From contig OX597817.1 in the NCBI GenBank assembly GCA_951406725.2, positions 4,588,001 to 4,652,000 on the forward strand: DNA of 64,000 bases, read 5' to 3'. The stretch's first letter is position 1; each line of letters begins with the position of its first letter. Positions 56,670-64,000 of the stretch are shown piece after piece. The position numbers and the translations under genes are program-made. The notes beneath the pieces are model-generated. The model saw only the letters and a list, made by a program, of their open reading frames with translations. It ran no database searches and had not been told where the DNA came from. The stretch is from Octopus vulgaris (Eukaryota).

Positions 56670-56717
<48 letters not shown>

Positions 56718-57407
56718 ATGTATTTATGTATTTATGTATGTATGTATGTATGTATGTATGTATGTATGTATGTATACATTTGTGTGTATGTGTGTGCTTA
56801 TGTGTGTAGTCTGAGTGTGTGTGTGAGTGAGTTCTCTGCGAATATTAACTTGTCAGAGATTGAAATATTTCATATGATATTACATTATATGATATGATCT
56901 AATGTGATAAGATATCGTATCATATAAAATTTGAGAATCTTCATTATCAAAGATATTATTATGCAATCTAATAAAAATATTATCATAAATATGCAGAAAT
57001 GGTTGGGGCTGATGTTTGAAACGACACCACATAAATCGGAATGCTTCGCAGTATAGGCTACATCCCTATATACACTATATTCAGTGTTGTTCGAAACCTA
57101 GTTTGCATTTCAATTATATTCATGATTTTCTTTTTATATATTTTTTTCATAGTTATCAGCATTCCAGCGAAAAATTATTTGCTTTCTTTTCATTTTTTTG
57201 TGTATAAAAGTATAAATTATCCAATTAATGATTTTCAACATACACGCGCAAACACACACGTCTATGTCCGTAGGTATGTGTGTATGTACATATGTATGTA
57301 AGTATGCATGTAAGTATGTATGTATCTATCTGTCTGTCTGTCTCTCCGTCTGCCTGACTGACTATCGGTCTGTCTGTCTGCTTCTCTGTCTCAATTTCTG
57401 TCTTCCC

Positions 57408-57492
<85 letters not shown>

Positions 57493-57494
<2 letters not shown>

Positions 57495-58427
57495 GGCCTG
57501 GCAGTGCTACCGAGAAGCGCTACCCGTTCGGGATAAGCTGTACAGACACGGCTCGAGAAACACGGGGCCGACCTGCCCGAGATGCGGTCAGAGCGACGAA
57601 ACCGTTCTGCACGCACTCGTGCAGTGTCCAACAATTTCCGACCTGTGGGCTTATGTCGAACAATTGCTGTTACGTGTGGGACGAGTCGGTTTATCAGCTG
57701 AGTCTATCGTCAATATTGTCACGCCTCCTTCCTTCAAACGGGAAGGAAGAGCTATTTTCATCATCCTTGTGGCTATGGCGAAAGAATGTATCTGGTGGAC
57801 GCGTCTGAAAGGGTTGGAGACAAACACTTTCCTCCCTGGTCAATCTCTCATCAACTTCTTCAAGTACCACTTGAAAAGGAAAGTGAGCGTAGAGAGGTAA
57901 GATTTGTCTAGCGAATGTTTTAAAAAAAGATGGGTGAATGTAGCAAGGATGGCACGTATGAATGACGAAGCCACGTTGAGCATAATCCTATGAACACAGA
58001 AATTGAAAACAGAGGGTTACCCACTTGCAAACATATGTGGTAACATATAACAATATTGACCAAGGTTACCGTGGTCTTTTTCGTAGGCTTTTCTTCCCAC
58101 GGATAAACCTTACTTGCTTTCCCCTTTACACCATATATCATAACACTGTGATACACGATCCCTATTGATCGTTTTTTTTTCCTCTTCCCCTTTTTTCTTC
58201 TTTTTTCATTTCTCTTTTCTTTTGTTCCCTTTCCTCTTCTTCTTTTTTTTATTTTAATTTTTTTTTTTTGTTCTTTTCTTCCCTTTTACGATCCCTCTTG
58301 ATCGAAAACCTACGCCACACCTTTTATTTGTTTCTTTTGTTTTTGGTTTTTTTCATCCCCCAAAAGAAAAGCTCTACCTTGTAACTTGTCCCATCTGTGT
58401 GCAGCCCTGTGTGGCCAATAAAGAAAC

Positions 58428-58428
<1 letters not shown>
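57493..58428 (+). mobile_element. 5'-truncated L1/Tx1-clade LINE inserted in (TATC)n
   Basis: LAWQCYREALPVRDKL...CPRCGQSDETVLHALVQC (CCHC finger)...AKECIWWTR; one premature stop at 57898, ORF end at 57993; pyrimidine-rich 3' UTR; AATAAA at 58417; (TATC)n on both flanks. Confidence 0.88.
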
Positions 58429-58499
<71 letters not shown>

Positions 58500-60066
58500 T
58501 CACATACAGTGAAATCGAAGATGTAATGTCCTCCTTAGGAATTATGAAATCCAGAGATTCACTGCTATTATCAGTGATAATACCAGTGAATTTCTTTAAT
58601 ATATACGGTAAGTAGTTTAGTTTACATTTTATATTAATATAAGAAAACGGAGAGTCAATTGTGGATGCTTATTTTGTTTGTATCCTGTTAAATACAATGA
58701 AATATAGCAAATAAAGGAATACAAGTTTAAAGGAAAATATAATTTTAAAATAAGCATTAAAAGGCCTACACATGGTTCAATCTAGTCGCCTGGCAAACAG
58801 AACTTCGGATTTGCAGGATTAGAACCCTGTTAAAAGTTGTTGAATTTATATATAACAAAATTGGACCAGATCTCGTTGATACTTTCTAATAAAAAGAGCT
58901 TATGTTTACATCTTTTTTTGAGGAATTATAATTATATAGTACGATATGCAGGATGGTAATAACGTACTAAAGCAATAGGATGGTAATAACGTACTAAAAA
59001 GGACCACATTTTGATATGTAAGCATCCATATAATGTATCCATATAATGTAAAAATTACGTTATGAGAAAAAGAAATAAGAAAGGGCGTCATGAAAGTAAA
59101 AGAGGGAAGTATAAGGTAATCGAATCACGTTAAAAAATTATGAGGGATTTGAAAAATAGATGGTTAGGGACAGTATGTAATCATGGGTAAAAGATTGTGA
59201 AGACGTTAAGTAATTTGAATTAAAGAAAAAATGGGGAGAAATATAGAAAATAAAAAGAGAAATAAATTTGCTGGAGAAAAAATAACGAAATGAAAATTCT
59301 ATAGAATTGAATGAAGCGAGAAAATAAAAAACTATATGAGATTTGAATATATAATATAAGTCATATAAATCATTAATGGGAATTATATTTTAAAGTAATG
59401 GCTAAGAAAATGTGGCTACATTGAATAATTAGATATATAATTCAAACGTAAAACATTGAATTGTCGTTCACTCATAAATAGGATTGTATCGTCACTAGTT
59501 AAGTACATTTTCATACTGTTACCAGCATATAGATAAAATAAAATTTTAAGACACTAATTTCTAGATTCAATAATGCAGAAATGTTTTCAGATGACTAAAT
59601 GAATAAAATATTAGTCACACCTATGAGAAATTTAAAAACGTGTTGTTATTATAGCAAAATACAAAGAAAGTTGTGTATGAAAAAAAGGAAAATTCTGAAA
59701 AAATTTAAGTAACATTTTAAAATACTAACAAATACATTCAGTTACGTAGAAATGTTTTTAGATGGATAAATAAATGATATATTACTTACTCCTATGTGGA
59801 ATATAAAATTTGTGATAATTAAAATAAAATAAGAATATGGATAAACTTGTATATTCATCTTTATTTATTCTGAAAAAAAAGGAGTGTACATAAAAAGTAA
59901 CAACGAGTTATCTCACTTTGTTTATCTGGGGGAAGGAATTAGCATTAATTGAGATAAAAAAGAAAACATTTTTAGAAAAAGTGATGTATAGGAAACATAG
60001 AGGAAAGGTTTGTTTTGCAAGTGAAGCATACAGAAAATATGAGTATACATTATGTGGATGATGTAG

Positions 60067-60107
<41 letters not shown>

Positions 60108-60176
60108 GCAATTTGGCGTAACTATGTGGGTGAACTTACATTATGAATATAGAAGTAGAGGCTGAAGGGTTATTTA

Positions 60177-61230
60177 CAGGGTTGCTACTCATCAAACAAT
60201 AAAACACCACGATTATTTGCTGCAAAAAACCCAGATCGTATTTTATGAACCTCGATATTAGAAAATAGGCATATAATTGGTAATTTAAGGATAAAACATG
60301 TTATATGACAAAACGAATACAGAATTTAATAGCTTATATAATATGGCAGCAATTTGTCAATTTCGTACACATCCACATCATCTTCATTCACTCCTTCAAT
60401 GGTGATAGACTAACTTTCTTCCATTTTGAAGTTCAATCGTATATCAACGATGAGAAAAACCCATCCACTACATCTTTAATAAGTTTAGCGTTCGGCTCCC
60501 AAGAAATGCATGCGCTCCCTTAATTGTAATAGCTTGTTTAGCGAGTAGACGATCAGTAATCGTTTCGGCCTTAAACCTATTAGTGAACAGTGACTTAGTT
60601 TTTTTTTTACTTGAGAATATATGCACTCCACGCACGCTGATGAATGAGGTAACACTGTTAAATTAGTCATGAATTTTGACAGCCTCTCACATTTAGTGTG
60701 GTCAAGCACGTCTTTAAGATTGCGCATGGAATACCAGAATTCATGGATGCTTTTTGAGGAAACAGGTATATTTTCATATTGCCAAAATAATCTCCACTCA
60801 TCCTCTACTTCATCAAGAGTGTTTTCTAGTGTAATTGGTGGAAAGTTTGATGCCAAGGGAATTATCGACTAAGGAGAGTTAGTGAGGTTGCGTACTACTT
60901 TGGGATCAAGTATTTTTAAGAGGTCAAACACTCCCGCTTTATCGTGAGTAAAACGCATTTTATTTGAAACCATAATTCTATAAAAAAAAATTTTGCAATT
61001 AGCTTGGAATATACCTGAGTCACCAACGACGGGTTTTGCTCTTGATATCTCATTACGCTTCCACCAAGTTAAATATCATTTACATCTTTGTGATTTGTTG
61101 TTATTAAGATCAATATCTGATAATTTAGATACACCTAAAACATTCTCTTTTCTAAAGCAACTAAGGATATTTTCATATTCACTGGATACAAATATATGCA
61201 ACAGATGCAATCAAAAGTGTTCCGATTGAA
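60177..61230 (-). mobile_element. hAT transposon 3' remnant
   Basis: EWRL...EFWYSM...LSKFMTNLTVLPHSSACVECIYSQV resembles the hAT C-terminal dimerisation motif; possible terminus CAGGGTTGC at 60177. Confidence 0.78.
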
Positions 61231-61299
61231 ACTCAACATTAAGAGCATTTACTTTAATATATAATGTAATAAGAGCATGTGCTTCATTCCTCTGTATGT

Positions 61300-61358
<59 letters not shown>

Positions 61359-61386
61359 AATGTAGATATAAATATATATATATGTA

Positions 61387-61427
<41 letters not shown>

Positions 61428-61669
61428 CATACATATAAACATATATATGTATATATGTATTTATATCTACATGTATATATTTGTATCTATATCTATAAGA
61501 ATGTTGAACTTAGCATTGTTAGCAATAGCTGTGTTCTTGTGAAAAAGATACTTAGAGACCATATGTTTGGCATAATGAGAGTGAATGATCTGGACCTTAC
61601 TGTTGTTTATTTCTAGCCAGAGTTCTGTGTCTATAACAGGTAACCTATATAATGTTAACTTCTAGATCA

Positions 61670-61900
61670 TCATCATTGCCTTGTAGGGATGTTTAGCTAT
61701 TATGTTAATGTCATCCACATGGTAGGAGTACATGGTTAAGTTAATGAAGTTCTCTGCTAATTTCGTTTTGAGTTTCCTATCACACCATACCATAAATAGT
61801 TTAGCCACATCGCCAGCGATTCTGACAGAGATGGCTGCACCTTCCTCTTGGGTGTATATCTTGTTATCAAACTTAAACATGTGGCCCTTGAGGGGTGTGA
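61670..61900 (-). pseudogene. Penelope-like reverse transcriptase core fragment
   Basis: HMFKFDNKIYTQEEGAAISVRIAGDVAKLFM...SYHVDDINII matches PLE RT motifs F.F....Y.Q..G and YVDD. Confidence 0.8.
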
Positions 61901-62064
61901 TGGTACTCACACCCACCGCATGTGCGACCATCTTTTTAACCTAATCATCGTTTATGGGGTTTCCGCATAGCCCTGGTCGACCCTTTCCATCCCTCTCTAG
62001 GGGTCTTCTTGGCCATAGAAGTTACATTCCGAAACGCAACATTATCTGTTTCAACACATTTATA

Positions 62065-62198
<134 letters not shown>

Positions 62199-62288
62199 AG
62201 AATTCACAAAACAAAAACCAAAGATCGAAGACACGTGGTGTAGACAACAAACAAATGTATTAGTATAACGCTCGTGAAGGGAAAAATA

Positions 62289-62324
62289 CTTTAACGTTTC
62301 GAGCCTACGCTCTTCCACAGAAAG
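62289..62324 (-). ncRNA. Minimal hammerhead-like motif with non-canonical core
   Basis: CTTT-CTGTGGAA-GAGC gtag GCTC-GAAA-CG-TT-AAAG, within a TA-adjacent element at 62196-62378. Confidence 0.45.
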
Positions 62325-62379
62325 GAACACAGAAAGAAACAAGGAGAGAAAATAAAGACTGTGTAGTGGTTAGCGATCC

Positions 62380-62573
62380 AGGCGCAGGTGTGATTGTGTG
62401 GTAAAGAAACGTGCTTTCTGACTAACCACACGGCTCTGGTTTCAGTCTCACTGCGTGATACTTTCGTCAAGTTTTTTGAACGATAGTCTAGGGTCGACCA
62501 AATCTTTGTGAGTGGATTTGGTAGATGTAAACTGAAGAGGTTCGTGGTATCTATCTATCTGGCTATCTATTTA

Positions 62574-62632
<59 letters not shown>

Positions 62633-62850
62633 ATATGTGATTCTTTTTCTTCGTTTGTCCCCCGTCACCACTTTTTGAAAGACGGTGCTGGTGTTTTTAC
62701 GTCTCTGTAACTTATCGGTTCGGCTAAATAGACCAACATAATAATTGCGAAGGTATATAAAAATAGGTACTGGGAGCAATACATTTGACTAAAAATTCTT
62801 CAATGCTCCAGCAAGGCTACGATCTGTTGGCTGAAACATGTAAAAGATAT
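62380..62850 (+). mobile_element. Diverged SINE family A copy
   Basis: aggcgcaggtgtgattgtgtggtaa...gtgagtggatttggtagatg...gctccagcaaggc. Confidence 0.8.
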
Positions 62851-63572
62851 ATATATATATGTAGGTATTGGCTCTATATTTAACAATTATTGCACCAGTG
62901 TATAATTTCTTCCTTCGTAATATACATTTGAATGTGTGTGTGTATATGTTTATGTATGAGGGCATGACTGTATATGTTTGTGCAAGTATGTAGATGTAAG
63001 TCAATATGTGTCCGTTGGAATGCATACGTATACATGTGAGACTAAGTTTATATTTATAAGTTTATTCTTCTATGCGTATGTGTGCATGAGTGTGAATCTG
63101 TTGCATACATGTGAGTATGGCATAGTGTGCATGTGAATGGCAGTTTAGATGTATTTTTATTTATAATAAAATGTGCATGTCTCCCTTGAACCCATCAAAA
63201 TATCTGTCCCATATTATAATGAACGATAAATTTACCCCTTGACGCCGTTTTGTCTTCTCAGCATTTTTCTTCTCTTCCTTAATCTGTGCCTTTGTTGATT
63301 GACAGCTCTTGAGCACGCCTACCTGCTTTTTCTACATTCATATCTCAGCTTTAAAAGCCCACTAGCTGAAATTAATAGGCTATATCATGGTTCACTAAGT
63401 TTAAATAACAGCTGATGATGTAGGAGCCTTCTGTAATATGCTGTAATCTGTTATGACTACATTAAATGCATTTCTACCCAAACAGTTGTCACGAACTTAA
63501 CCCTTCATTTGTCTGTTACACACTCATATACACAGATATTCACAGACATACACACAAGTACACATGCTCGCG

Positions 63573-63618
<46 letters not shown>

Positions 63619-64000
63619 GCAATTATATGGAGTTCCTTTAGAATAGCTTCTTAGTAACTCATGATCGCTCTGTGTAGGCAGATATGATATCACAGAAATC
63701 TTGATATTGGTTATTTGTAGATATTCCTGCAGAGATATGGTGCACCATTAAAAGAATGTTTGTATTGATGATAAACCTATGCTGCTTTGTTTTAATTTTA
63801 AGTTGTAGATTTCTAAACCACTGGCAATTCGGAAATTTCTCCTTTTACGTTTTTATCATCAAAAGCTAAGGTGTCATATTGCATCGTATCGAGTAGCTAA
63901 AATGTTGGCACGAATACTAGTGCAGCAAAAACATCATATTGAGTTTACGTGGAAACTGAGAATATTATTTTATTTTACCTTGGTATTATAGTGCCTCGTA

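Overview
AT-rich, microsatellite-saturated eukaryotic non-coding DNA. The SINE families and repeat landscape look like an octopus (coleoid cephalopod) genome; this is recognition by eye, not a database result. No intact host gene is visible and nearly all listed ORFs are microsatellite translations. Recognisable content: a full-length but frameshifted mariner transposon, several tRNA-derived SINEs, R4/Dong-type LINE fragments tied to (TAA)n, CR1, RTE and Tx1-type LINE fragments, a non-autonomous Helitron, a hAT remnant and two Penelope-like (PLE) reverse-transcriptase remnants. The main unannotated signal is a set of short non-coding elements from several unrelated sequence families. Most sit in or beside (TA)n tracts, carry hammerhead ribozyme (HHR) motifs, and are built as tandem repeats or fold-back inverted repeats. 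The best cases are a two-ribozyme 457-nt unit (8761-9496), a three-ribozyme tandem-plus-palindrome with compensatory stem changes (34837-35873), a U3:A8 core-variant HHR (36057-36092) and a possibly permuted HHR (25231-25292). Together they suggest a retrozyme/PLE pseudo-LTR system that could produce small self-cleaved, possibly circular, RNAs. All structures were folded by eye and none has been tested.
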